Shown one piece after another: positions 18,383-27,433 of a stretch of DNA of 64,000 bases. The stretch covers positions 67,146 to 131,145 of the forward strand of contig CAVTAJ010000007.1 of the NCBI GenBank assembly GCA_963732675.1, given 5' to 3'. Origin of the DNA: Nitrospirota bacterium (lineage in GTDB: Bacteria > Nitrospirota > UBA9217). Made by a program: the position numbers and the translations under genes. How positions within the stretch are numbered: position 1 is the stretch's first letter; each line of letters starts with the position of its first letter. The notes beneath the pieces were generated by a model that was not told the origin of the DNA, did not search any database, and was given only the letters and a program-made list of their open reading frames with translations.

Positions 18383-21253
18383 CTATATTGCCATACCCGA
18401 TACGGGGTATTTTAAGGGTAGGGGGATTTCCAGGGTCACCCGGGCACCCCTCCCCCCGGTGGACAGGGTTATCCGCCCTCCCAGCTCTTCGGCGCGTTTA
18501 TTCATGTTCGATAAGCCCCGGCCGTTGCCCCGCCTTTCCTCCCAGCCGACCCCGTCATCAAGGATATCCAGCAGAATCCCCGCATTGGTGATCTTCAGTG
18601 AAACGACGATGGAGTCGGCCTTTGCGTGTTTGATAATGTTGGTCAGCGCTTCCTTGTAGATCTTGAAGAGGTTCACCCAGAGCAGGCTGCCGGGCTGTTC
18701 CTGAATGTCTTCCACGGAGGCCTCGAGCGCAAAGGCTATCCGGTGCAGCTCAACCATGTTGGTGCCCTGGCTTCTGAGCTCTGTGGCCAGAGAGCGCCAG
18801 TTCAGCTCCCGGGAATCGAGGCTGTGCATGAAGCTCCGTATTTCGGCGACCCCTTCGCGCGACAGCCGTGAGATGGTCGAGAGCGTTTTCTTGATGTTGT
18901 CAATGTCTGTCGCTTTCTGCGCCAGCTCAGAGAGGATGCTGATATTCGTCGTTATGCCCCCGATGCCGTCGTGGAGGTCCATCAGGATCTTTTCTTTTTC
19001 CATGAGGTGCTGCTTTTCTTCAGCGATTCGCTGCTCGTACAGCCGCACCGTTTCCTCTTCCGCCCGCTTACGGTCCGTGATATCGAAAAAGGTCACGATG
19101 ACCGCCGGCCCTCCTTCATAATCAATGACCCCGGCGGACAGATTACCCCATCGTTCCTCGCCGTTCTTGATGATGATCTTGATCTCATACTCCTGCGGCA
19201 GCTGCGCCCCGCGAAGGCGGGCCAAGCCCCGCTCCCGCACCATCTCACGATACTCAGGATGAACGATCGTCAAGAAGTCCAGGGCAAGAAATTCATCGCT
19301 CTCATAACCGGTGATCGTCTTAATGGCGGGGTTGGCATAAATAAACCTTCCACCCCGATGGATGAATATCCCTGCAGTCGTTGTTTCCGCCAGCGTCCGG
19401 AACCTGGCCTCGCTTTCTTTCAGGGAAAGCAAAGCCCCCTGCAGCTGCAGGTAAAGCTTCTCCCGCTCTTCCTCGGCCTGCTTACGTGCCGTAATATCGA
19501 TCAACGTCCCCATGACCGTGGTCTTCCCCTCGAACACGGTGATGCCTGCGGTCATCAGGACCCACCGTTCTTCGCCGCTTTTTTTTATGATCTTGAACTC
19601 ATACTGCGCAGGAACTTCGCTGCCGCCGTCCATGCGTTCGCGCGCGCGCATTTTTACCAGGTCGATGTAATCAGGATGCACGAGACTCATAAAATTCATG
19701 GTCAGGTATTCATCAACAGCATATCCGCCAATGACTTCAGCCGCGCGGTTTGCATAAAGAAAATTGCCGCCCTGGTGCATGAATATTGCGATCGCAGCGG
19801 TTTCTGCCAGGGTGCGGAATTTTGCCTCGCTCTCCCGCATGAATTCTTTTGCCTGCCTGGCCTCTTCATAGAGTTGGGCGTTCTCGATGGCGATTGCAGC
19901 ATGACCGGCGATCACCTCCAGCAGGTTTATGTCGCTCTGCAGATAGGGTTGCTCATTGCCCTTCTGCCCCAGCACGATCCAGCCCTTGATGTCCCCCTTA
20001 TACAGCAGGGGGATGACGAGTTCCGCCCCCATCTTCTCCAGGTATTCGTGTACCATAACGCTTTTTTCGTCAGAGAATGTTTGCTCAAGTTCCTGCCGCA
20101 CGATAACATGGCCGGTCTGGCGCAGCCAGTCGACGACCGCATCATTCAGCGGGCCGCTGTTTGCCATGCCGCTGCGAGTGCCTTCGCCTTTCCGCAGGGA
20201 AACCCACCCGCCCTTTTCCTGCAGTGAAAAACAGGCGCTTTCTGCTCCCAGGCCTTTTTTCATGCTGGCAAGGATATAATCCAGCAGCTCGTCCAGGTCG
20301 AGTATCGAGATCATCGCCTTTATCGATTCCCTCAGAACACCCTGATAATTATACCTGTCCTGCAGGACCAGCCGCTGGATCCAGCGTTGCATCTTTGAAT
20401 TGAGCCGGGTCGTGAAGAAAACGATGCCGATGACGATGAGAGAGATCAGGATTGCAAATGATTCACCGATCGCCGGTGTGAGGAGATTGAACACACTGAT
20501 CTGAACGACGAAGAACAGGCACAGCACCAGGGCAGTGGAAAGCACGCGAGAGAGAAGGTACCGTATATCGAAGAGCCGGTGCCGGGTGATCGCGTAATAG
20601 GTAAGGACCACCCAGGGCAGGCTGAAAAAAGCGGCAAGCCCGGGTTCAAATCCGAATCCCCCGAACAGCTGCAAGATGCCTGCGGTAGTTGACGCACCGC
20701 CTCCGAAGATCAGCACACCGTGGAAAAAGTAATTGAGCTGGGCCCTCTTGATCCCCTGCAGCTCTTTTTTGAACCGGATAATAGTGCCAAGAAACCAGAA
20801 GGCCAGGAGCGAACCGAACAGCCGTGCTGGATTTTCAAGCGGGCCGGGATGATTGATGAAGGGGATCACGGAATAGCCGGGTGTTACGATCAGATCGGTA
20901 AAGAGGCATAGGCCGAGAATGACGAGCCAGAGCGGATAGAGGAGGAGGCCAATGATATAGCCGACACGGCTTCGCTCGTCTTTAAGATAATAAATGATCT
21001 GGAGCCCGGCAGGGATCGTGAACCAGCCGATCCAATTGAAGCGGGCAACAAGGTCGATCGGCAAGGCCAGCGAGGCACGTAAATACATGATCGCCGAGGT
21101 TAGGGAAAACGCGGCTGAGAAGAGAGAGAGTGCCGCTACGGCCTTTTGGACAGAGCTCTTTCGTCGATTATTCCTGATAAGTATGGTCCCCAGGATGATC
21201 TCCAGGGCGCCGATTAAGAAGAGCGAATAGCTGATAAGATGGAACAAGGTCAT
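18383..21253 (-). CDS. Multi-domain sensor histidine kinase (N-terminal polytopic membrane domain, GAF, 2x PAS, HisKA_3, HATPase)
   Basis: 956-aa intact ORF with ~7 N-terminal TM helices. It has two repeats of the PAS pattern (AKFRTLAETAAIAIF.../ARFRTLAETTTAGIF...), the H-box DLHDGIGG and a C-terminal DDGVGW...GRGL ATPase. It lies directly upstream of the NarL-type regulator. Confidence 0.85.
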   Translation of the reverse strand: MTLFHLISYSLFLIGALEIILGTILIRNNRRKSSVQKAVAALSLFSAAFSLTSAIMYLRASLALPIDLVARFNWIGWFTIPAGLQIIYYLKDERSRVGYIIGLLLYPLWLVILGLCLFTDLIVTPGYSVIPFINHPGPLENPARLFGSLLAFWFLGTIIRFKKELQGIKRAQLNYFFHGVLIFGGGASTTAGILQLFGGFGFEPGLAAFFSLPWVVLTYYAITRHRLFDIRYLLSRVLSTALVLCLFFVVQISVFNLLTPAIGESFAILISLIVIGIVFFTTRLNSKMQRWIQRLVLQDRYNYQGVLRESIKAMISILDLDELLDYILASMKKGLGAESACFSLQEKGGWVSLRKGEGTRSGMANSGPLNDAVVDWLRQTGHVIVRQELEQTFSDEKSVMVHEYLEKMGAELVIPLLYKGDIKGWIVLGQKGNEQPYLQSDINLLEVIAGHAAIAIENAQLYEEARQAKEFMRESEAKFRTLAETAAIAIFMHQGGNFLYANRAAEVIGGYAVDEYLTMNFMSLVHPDYIDLVKMRARERMDGGSEVPAQYEFKIIKKSGEERWVLMTAGITVFEGKTTVMGTLIDITARKQAEEEREKLYLQLQGALLSLKESEARFRTLAETTTAGIFIHRGGRFIYANPAIKTITGYESDEFLALDFLTIVHPEYREMVRERGLARLRGAQLPQEYEIKIIIKNGEERWGNLSAGVIDYEGGPAVIVTFFDITDRKRAEEETVRLYEQRIAEEKQHLMEKEKILMDLHDGIGGITTNISILSELAQKATDIDNIKKTLSTISRLSREGVAEIRSFMHSLDSRELNWRSLATELRSQGTNMVELHRIAFALEASVEDIQEQPGSLLWVNLFKIYKEALTNIIKHAKADSIVVSLKITNAGILLDILDDGVGWEERRGNGRGLSNMNKRAEELGGRITLSTGGRGARVTLEIPLPLKYPVSGMAI

Positions 21254-21566
21254 TGTGGACTCTCCGTGTTCAGATCTCCGTTGTTCGGAAACGAGTACGC
21301 CGGTACCGCAGGATCCTCAGAACCGGTTAACGCTTGGGTCATGGGCACAATGATTCAGCTGCAGCCCGGAAATGCATTTGCTCCTGCTATTGTAAGTGAG
21401 CGCTCCTGTCCGGTCAAGTGAATAGTTACCGTCTTCGCGCGGTGATAGCTTTCCCATGTGGACGCCTGATATTTACGAAGGGCGCTCGGCAATCCCTTGC
21501 CTTTTCGTTTGACAGTGCCCCGGAGTGGAGCTACACTTACTATACAAACCTACCTGAGGAGGTCCT

Positions 21567-22029
21567 ATGCAGATCAAGACCATTTTATTTCCGACCGATT
21601 TTTCGAACGGCGCTCGCGCGGCCATGGACCACGCCATCTCGCTGGCAAAGGATTACCAGGCAAAACTCATCCTGCTTGTATGTGATCCAGGACATCAGCA
21701 TAGCAGAGTGGTACATCCCCTCGTCGATCTCCGCGGGCGAACTGATTGAGGATATGCAAAAAAGCGCGTGGCAGGAGATGGACAAATGGATCGCAGAGGT
21801 CACCAAACAGGTGAAAGATGTGGAGAAGATGGTCGTACGCGGCGTGCCGTTCGTCGAGATCATCCAGACCGCAAAGGAAAGGAACGCCGACCTGATCGTT
21901 ATCGGTACTCACGGCAGGACGGGTATCGACCACATGCTCTTCGGCAGCACGGCGGAGAAGGTCGTTCGCAAAGCGGCCTGCCCCGTGCTTACGGTGCGCA
22001 TCGCGGGCAAGGAGTTCAAGATGCCGTGA
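21567..22029 (+). CDS. Universal stress protein UspA family (1 frameshift near 21675)
   Basis: GAGGAGG RBS and MQIKTILFPTDFSNGARAAMDHAISLAKDYQAKLILL. The next frame continues ...DLIVIGTHGRTGIDHMLFGSTAEKVVRKAACPVLTV, which carries the ATP-binding G-x2-G-x9-G(S/T) motif. Confidence 0.8.
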
Positions 22030-22130
22030 TTGAGACAAGCACCAAATTCAAATGATCGAAACGATTTGGAGTTTGGCCCATTTTGATATTGGAATTTATT
22101 TGGGACGTGAGGTGTGAAATTTGAGATTTA

Positions 22131-22159
22131 ACAAGGGCAGGCCTTTGGCCTGCCCTTGT
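22131..22159. terminator. GC-rich hairpin between convergent uspA and bfr-like genes (probable bidirectional terminator)
   Basis: acaagggcaggcc ttt ggcctgcccttgt forms a 13-bp perfect stem. The flanking U-runs are weak. Confidence 0.6.
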
Positions 22160-22165
22160 TGTCTA

Positions 22166-22591
22166 TTACTGTCCCAGGAGCGTGGTAAACGTATCGTGGT
22201 GGTCCTCTTCCTGCGAGAGGATTTCTTCGAAGAGGAGCCGCGTGGTCTCATCCCCTTCGGAAGCGGCCTGCTTGATGATGTCCTTATAAAGCGTGATGGC
22301 CTCTTCCTCGGCCTTCACATCCGCCTTCAGCATCTGCTCCGGCGTGCCGCCGACGGCGATGGGGTTCGGCTTGATGGTGGGGTTCACGTCAAAATAGAAA
22401 AGCCGTTCCGCGATTTTCTCGGCATGCTTCATTTCGTCCATCGCGACATCCTCGAACACGTCCATCAGGGACGCTGAATTCATGCCCTTTACCATGATGT
22501 GGTGCCACATATACTGGACGATAGCCTGGAGCTCTCCTGCTATTGCCTGGTTCATCATTTCCGTGAGTTTGGGACTCGCCTTCTGTACCAT
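22166..22591 (-). CDS. bfr: Bacterioferritin-family ferritin-like protein
   Basis: 141 aa. NQAIAGELQAIVQYMWH...DEMKHAEKIAERL...EEDHHDTFTTLL aligns with the Bfr di-iron site helices (E. coli LGNELVAINQYFLH, DEMKHADRYIERI, EEGHIDWLE). Confidence 0.7.
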   Translation of the reverse strand: MVQKASPKLTEMMNQAIAGELQAIVQYMWHHIMVKGMNSASLMDVFEDVAMDEMKHAEKIAERLFYFDVNPTIKPNPIAVGGTPEQMLKADVKAEEEAITLYKDIIKQAASEGDETTRLLFEEILSQEEDHHDTFTTLLGQ

Positions 22592-22762
22592 GATGCGCCT
22601 CCTTTGAGAATTGTAGGTAGATTGCCTTTCGGGTGCTTCTGAATATGCTAACTATAGCACAGAAAAATAAGGTTTGCAAAACATGGCGATGTCATCATGA
22701 AAAGAAAGTATTACGCGTTACCGTTTATCAGTGGTTAATAAGCCTTCGTCGTCAAATTCCCA

Positions 22763-22791
22763 TTGCCTTATCCACCCTCTTGAAATATAAT
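22763..22791 (+). promoter_or_regulatory. Putative sigma70 promoter of the aconitase gene
   Basis: TTGCCT (22763-68), a 17-nt spacer and TATAAT (22786-91), ~35 nt before the GAAGGAG RBS and the ATG at 22826. Confidence 0.55.
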
Positions 22792-22825
22792 GTGCGGGCA
22801 TTCAATGTGATGAAGGAGTAACACT

Positions 22826-24766
22826 ATGGGTAAAAATCTCGTTTATAAGATATTGGGGGCTCACCTGGTCGCAGGAACGCTTGAAGCGGGTACTGAGATC
22901 GCGATCAGGATCGACCAGACGCTGACCCAGGACGCGACCGGCACCATGACCTATTTGCAGTTCGAGGCCATGGACGTGCCGCGGGTCAAGACCGAGCTCT
23001 CGGTGAGCTACGTGGACCACAACACGCTCCAGGACGGGTTCGAGAACGCCGACGACCACCGGTACTTGCAGACCGTTGCATCAAAATACGGGATCCACTA
23101 TTCAAAAGCAGGGAACGGCATCTGTCATCAGGTGCACCTCGAGCGTTTCGGCAGGCCCGGCAGGACGCTGCTCGGGTCCGATTCCCACACGCCCACGGGC
23201 GGCGGCATCGGCATGATCGCCATCGGCGCGGGCGGCCTCGACGTGGCGGTGGCCATGGGCGGCGGCCCTTTCTACCTCGCCTGTCCCAAGGTTGTAAAAA
23301 TAAACCTGACCGGCAAGCTCTCGCCCTGGGTGTCGGCCAAGGATGTCATCCTCACGGTCCTCAAGATGCTCACGACCAAGGGGAACGTCGGCACCGTGAT
23401 CGAATATGGCGGCGACGGGATCAAAACGCTTTCCGTGCCCGAGCGCGCGACCATCACGAACATGGGCGCGGAGCTCGGCGTTACCACGTCGGTCTTTCCG
23501 AGCGATGAGATCACCCGTTCATTCCTCAGGGCGCAAAGAAGAGAAGCCGAGTGGATCGCACTCGCTGCCGATGCAGATGCACCATACTATAAAGTGATCG
23601 ACCTCGATCTGGGCATGATCGAGCCGATGATGGCAAAGCCGCACTCACCGGACAATATCGGCACGGTGAAGGAACTGGCGGGAACGAAAGTAGACCAGGT
23701 CATGGTCGGTTCCTGTACCAACTCATCATATCGTGATCTGATGCTCGTGGCATCGATGTTGAAAGGAAGAAGGGTCTTCCCGGATGTAAGCTTCGGCGTA
23801 GCGCCCGGCTCCCGCCAGGTGCTCACGATGATCGCGAAGAACGGTGCCATGGCCGATATCGTCTCCGCGGGAGCGAGGATCCTCGAATCAACCTGCGGTT
23901 TCTGCATCGGGAGCGGCCAGGCCCCGAAGACCGACGCGATCTCGGTCCGCACAAGCAACAGGAACTTTGAAGGCCGTTCCGGAACCAAAAGCGCGAAGGT
24001 ATATCTCGCCAGTCCCGAGTCCGCTGTTGCTGCCGCGCTCACCGGCGGGATCATGGACCCCCGTGATCTCGGCATCCCCTATCCCGAGATCGCCATGCCC
24101 GAGCAGTTCTGGATCGACGACTCGATGATCCTGCCTCCGGCCAAAGACCCCTTGTCGGTGACCATCTACCGGGGCCCGAACATCGGCGATCCACCTGCGG
24201 CTGAACCGCTTCCCGACAGCATTCAGGGCGTCGTGACGATCAAGGTCGGTGACAAGATCACGACGGACCACATCATGCCCGCGGGATCGAGACTGAAGTA
24301 CCGTTCGAACATTCCGAAGTACGCGGAGTTCGTGTTCGAGGGCGTGGACGCGTCATTTCCGAAAAGGGCGCTCGAGAACAAAAAGGCCGGAAAGCACAAT
24401 ATCGTAATCGCCGGTGCGAGCTACGGTCAGGGTTCGAGCCGCGAGCATGCGGCCATCTGTCCCATGTACCTGGGCGTCAAGACGGTGATCGCGAGATCAT
24501 TCGAGCGCATCCATGCGGCGAACCTCATCAACTTCGGCATTCTGCCGCTCACCTTCGCGAACGAAGCGGATTATGATGCGATCGGAGCCAATGATACGAT
24601 AGAGATCGCGAAGATCAAGGCTGCACTCGAGAAAGGCACAGACCTGACGCTCAAGGACACGACGAACGGCAAGACTGTTCAGCTGAAATTCTCATTGAGC
24701 ATGAGGCAACGCGACATTCTTCTGGCAGGCGGGATGCTGAACTATACCAGGATGCAGACAAAATGA
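22826..24766 (+). CDS. acn: Aconitate hydratase (short ~645-aa, Aquifex-type aconitase)
   Basis: 646-aa intact ORF with IDQTLTQDATGTM, GSDSHTPTGGGIGMIAIGAGG, VGSCTNSSYRDL and the swivel-domain NRNFEGRSG and GASYGQGSSREHAA motifs. Confidence 0.9.
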   Translation: MGKNLVYKILGAHLVAGTLEAGTEIAIRIDQTLTQDATGTMTYLQFEAMDVPRVKTELSVSYVDHNTLQDGFENADDHRYLQTVASKYGIHYSKAGNGICHQVHLERFGRPGRTLLGSDSHTPTGGGIGMIAIGAGGLDVAVAMGGGPFYLACPKVVKINLTGKLSPWVSAKDVILTVLKMLTTKGNVGTVIEYGGDGIKTLSVPERATITNMGAELGVTTSVFPSDEITRSFLRAQRREAEWIALAADADAPYYKVIDLDLGMIEPMMAKPHSPDNIGTVKELAGTKVDQVMVGSCTNSSYRDLMLVASMLKGRRVFPDVSFGVAPGSRQVLTMIAKNGAMADIVSAGARILESTCGFCIGSGQAPKTDAISVRTSNRNFEGRSGTKSAKVYLASPESAVAAALTGGIMDPRDLGIPYPEIAMPEQFWIDDSMILPPAKDPLSVTIYRGPNIGDPPAAEPLPDSIQGVVTIKVGDKITTDHIMPAGSRLKYRSNIPKYAEFVFEGVDASFPKRALENKKAGKHNIVIAGASYGQGSSREHAAICPMYLGVKTVIARSFERIHAANLINFGILPLTFANEADYDAIGANDTIEIAKIKAALEKGTDLTLKDTTNGKTVQLKFSLSMRQRDILLAGGMLNYTRMQTK

Positions 24767-24993
24767 GACGCTCATTGCAATGCGCGTTCGAAAGAAGAAG
24801 ACGATGACGTGAGTCCTCGAGGTACTGCCTCGTGGTAACGAGAAAGATCCGCAAAAGGTAAGAAAAGATCTTTACACCTGAGACCGCGAAAAAATTCAGG
24901 CGATCGGCAAGTTATCGGGTAGGGACGTTGCAGTGCGAACGACACGGGCCAGAAGAAAAAGTCCACGCGTGTATCATGATCAGCGACTGCTCA

Positions 24994-25794
24994 TTACGCC
25001 CCTGCCTGCAGCATGATCTGGATCGGCAGGCGCACCTGCTTCGGTTCATCGAGGAGTATTGATGCGGCCTTGGTCAGCTCAGAAGGCGTCTTTCCTCCTG
25101 CGGGCAGCATGATGAGGGAGACCGAATATTCCTCAGCTGCCTTCAGGATCTCCTCGTCCGGGTAACCGGACCTGGTGACCTCTAAAACCTCGACACCCTC
25201 TTTGCTCAATGCGCTTTTGATCTTATTAACCGTTGCGCTTGTCTCCTTCCTGACCTGCTCAAGCTCTGTCTTCTCCGCTGCACTGTAGAGGTGCGTGGGC
25301 ACGATCCCGAGGAGTAGTACCTTCGAACCTGTGGCCTTTACCTCTGCCAGGATTGTTGCTTTTTTTGCCAGCACAGTATCCGAGCTGTCTACCGGCACCA
25401 AAATAATGCCGGGCATGAGGTGCACCGGGCAGGAGGCTTTTTTAACAAGCGCTTTATAGCGCGGTGATGAGAGGATCAGATCCGCATGCTCGACTTCCGC
25501 GACACGCAGTGCCTCCTCAAGAGGATCCCCTTCGACGGACAGAACGCGGACAGTAATCCCGTGGTTGCCTGCATCGCGGATAAGTGTTTCTGCATCACGC
25601 AGATGCCGCGCAGCTTCAGCTCGGGCTATCTCCTCTGCCCGGGGTCCTGCATCGTAATCTACGAACAGGCTGTTCTGAAATACCTGCAGGACTAGAAGCT
25701 CTCCGCCAATTTCCTTTGCCTTCCCAAGTCCGTATCGTAATGCGGTCTTGGACTTTATGGTACCGTCATATATAACAAGGATCTTCATATGCAA
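24994..25794 (-). CDS. Tandem Usp-like protein (two adenine-nucleotide alpha-hydrolase-like domains, no canonical ATP motif)
   Basis: 266 aa. Domain 1 (KILVIYDGTIKSKTALRYGLGKAKEIGGELLVLQVFQNSLFVDYDA) is paralogous to the 143-aa protein at 26754-27185. Neither domain shows G-x2-G-x9-G(S/T). Confidence 0.65.
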   Translation of the reverse strand: MHMKILVIYDGTIKSKTALRYGLGKAKEIGGELLVLQVFQNSLFVDYDAGPRAEEIARAEAARHLRDAETLIRDAGNHGITVRVLSVEGDPLEEALRVAEVEHADLILSSPRYKALVKKASCPVHLMPGIILVPVDSSDTVLAKKATILAEVKATGSKVLLLGIVPTHLYSAAEKTELEQVRKETSATVNKIKSALSKEGVEVLEVTRSGYPDEEILKAAEEYSVSLIMLPAGGKTPSELTKAASILLDEPKQVRLPIQIMLQAGA

Positions 25795-25984
25795 CCCCCT
25801 TCTGAATCAAATACCACAAGAGCAATATTAAGTGTGTGCGCAATATTTAGATGCACCAACAACCTGTTATTTTCATTAAGTTAATTTATAATTGACGTTA
25901 TCTAACTCATAATATAGCATCATTAAATTGCACCAATCATTTCATAGTTTTATAAATTATTCATTAATTCAATGCATTACAATC

Positions 25985-26000
25985 AGGCATGACCATTGCT
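25985..26000 (+). promoter_or_regulatory. Sigma54 (-24/-12) promoter upstream of micro-ORF 1
   Basis: AGGCATG ACCA TTGCT compared with consensus TGGCACG-N4-TTGCW. GG is at 25986-87 and GC at 25998-99, the correct GG-N10-GC spacing. Confidence 0.6.
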
Positions 26001-26057
26001 ATATAGACTACCAGGAAGTCAACCAATGTCAATAATTCATATTCCCGGGAGGTCGCA

Positions 26058-26192
26058 ATGAAAAAGTTTATAACAATGATCGAAGACTTGTGGGTTGCTG
26101 TAGCCTTTGCAGAAGCCGGCATTTATGAGCCTGCAGTAATGCATGATTCACAACCCATTTGCCACGATTCTGTGCGCATCCATACTGCTTAA
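26058..26192 (+). CDS. Micro-ORF 1 (44 aa), unknown function, conserved N-terminal motif shared with 33902-34051
   Basis: GGGAGG RBS 7 nt before the ATG. MKKFITMIEDLWVAVAFAEAGIYEPAVMHDSQPICHDSVRIHTA. 14/26 N-terminal residues are identical, without gaps, to micro-ORF 2. It lies downstream of a sigma54 promoter. Confidence 0.45.
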   Translation: MKKFITMIEDLWVAVAFAEAGIYEPAVMHDSQPICHDSVRIHTA

Positions 26193-26219
26193 CATCCTGC
26201 TGCTCTTGAGGAGGCACTA

Positions 26220-26435
26220 ATGCACGTCGATCCGATGACCCTGAACCTTAGAGACATTCTGGTCTTTCAATTGCTGGTAGTCCTTACTCTTGCCGGGAAC
26301 TCACCCGTTGTCCAGCGAGAACTGCTCAAGATTTGGAAGACGCTCAATACCCCTTTGCTTCAGAAAAAACCGACCAAGCCCAACCACCGGTCCGGGAAGT
26401 TCTGGGAGATCGACATGACCAATTTCGAACCCTGA
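26220..26435 (+). CDS. Hypothetical 71-aa protein (one predicted TM segment)
   Basis: Strong GAGGAGG RBS 6 nt before the ATG, 27 nt after the micro-ORF 1 stop. MHVDPMTLNLRDILVFQLLVVLTLAGNSP.... I recognise no homolog. Confidence 0.35.
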   Translation: MHVDPMTLNLRDILVFQLLVVLTLAGNSPVVQRELLKIWKTLNTPLLQKKPTKPNHRSGKFWEIDMTNFEP

Positions 26436-26511
26436 GCCGGCCATACTCTCCTGTTAATTCAGATGTGACACCTGATAGAGCACATATACAAGCATGGCAA
26501 TGGGCCCGAAG

Positions 26512-26658
26512 CTAACGACATTCGATGCCAGCGCTCTTCACGCCCTTGCTGTAAAGGTCCATCCTCCCGAGCATGCTGGGAACGAGCAGCGATCCCATGA
26601 ACATCATCTGGAACATCAGAAAAAAATTTGACTGTTGAAATGCGTGTTCAAACTCCAT
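26512..26658 (-). CDS. Hypothetical 48-aa membrane peptide
   Basis: GGAGAA 5 nt before the ATG. MEFEHAFQQSNFFLMFQMMFMGSLLVPSMLGRMDLYSKGVKSAGIECR. It follows a CACGGGC/GCCCGTG hairpin after the Usp-like gene. Support is weak. Confidence 0.25.
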   Translation of the reverse strand: MEFEHAFQQSNFFLMFQMMFMGSLLVPSMLGRMDLYSKGVKSAGIECR

Positions 26659-26753
26659 GGCCGTTCTCCGTCCAACAGAATGTGAGATTCTGAGCGACAC
26701 GGGCTGCAAAGGCCCGTGCACATCCCGCTGATCTGTCCCGCGTCGTACTTACC

Positions 26754-27185
26754 TTACATTGTTTTCGTTGAGAGTGCCGCCACATGAAGCTTCGCTGCTT
26801 CGCCTGCCAGTTCCGACTCGCCCAAAGCCTGCTGGTATTTGTTGATGATCTTCGTGAATTTCGGCGGGCAGAGCAACACATCCACCTTCTCAGTCTTGGC
26901 AAAGCTGACCACTTCCTCGGTCGGGTTCCCTTCAGCGCTGTAGAGGCTTGCCTTCACGCCCTTGCCCTTCTCGCGGATGATGGTCTTTGCCTCTTCGATG
27001 AACCGTGCCGCTTCGGCCCTTGCAACTCCCTGAGCATCAACCGTTGCATCGTAGTCAATGAACATCCTGTTGTTAAACACATGGAGCGCAACCACCTCGC
27101 CGCCCTTTTCACGCGCTTTGTCCATACCGTATACCAGAGCTTCCTTCGCCTGCAACGTCCCGTCATAAGCAACCATGATCTTCAT
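26754..27185 (-). CDS. Usp-like protein (single domain, no canonical ATP motif)
   Basis: 143 aa with an AGGAGG RBS. MKIMVAYDGTLQAKEALVYGMDKAREKGGEVVALHVFNNRMFIDYDA is paralogous to domain 1 of 24994-25794. Confidence 0.7.
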   Translation of the reverse strand: MKIMVAYDGTLQAKEALVYGMDKAREKGGEVVALHVFNNRMFIDYDATVDAQGVARAEAARFIEEAKTIIREKGKGVKASLYSAEGNPTEEVVSFAKTEKVDVLLCPPKFTKIINKYQQALGESELAGEAAKLHVAALSTKTM

Positions 27186-27242
27186 TTTATTACCTCCTCT
27201 TGGATTTTATTTTGTTCGTGTGTGCTTCGTTGCCTTATATAT

Positions 27243-27258
27243 TGCACGGAGCGTGCCA
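27243..27258 (-). promoter_or_regulatory. Sigma54 (-24/-12) promoter upstream of the 143-aa Usp-like gene
   Basis: The minus strand reads TGGCACG CTCC GTGCA with correct GG-N10-GC spacing, ~58 nt upstream of the ATG at 27185. Confidence 0.6.
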
Positions 27259-27433
27259 TATTTGTTGTTTTTTGTTTTCAATGCGTTATGGGATATGGCG
27301 CAGTTTATTTACTGCATGAGGGGGTGCAAGATATTACTGCGGAAAGAGGGACCTGGTGCGGGAACGCGGTTGTTTCATTTGGGTGGTTCTGATAATGGAC
27401 AGAGAGAGCAAGGAAACCTGCGATTGCCGATGC

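Noticed and set aside
22592-22825. A Fur box in the divergent bfr-like/aconitase spacer, since both are iron-related.
   Set aside because: There is no convincing 19-bp GATAATGATAATCATTATC-like palindrome. Only a plausible sigma70 promoter for aconitase was found.
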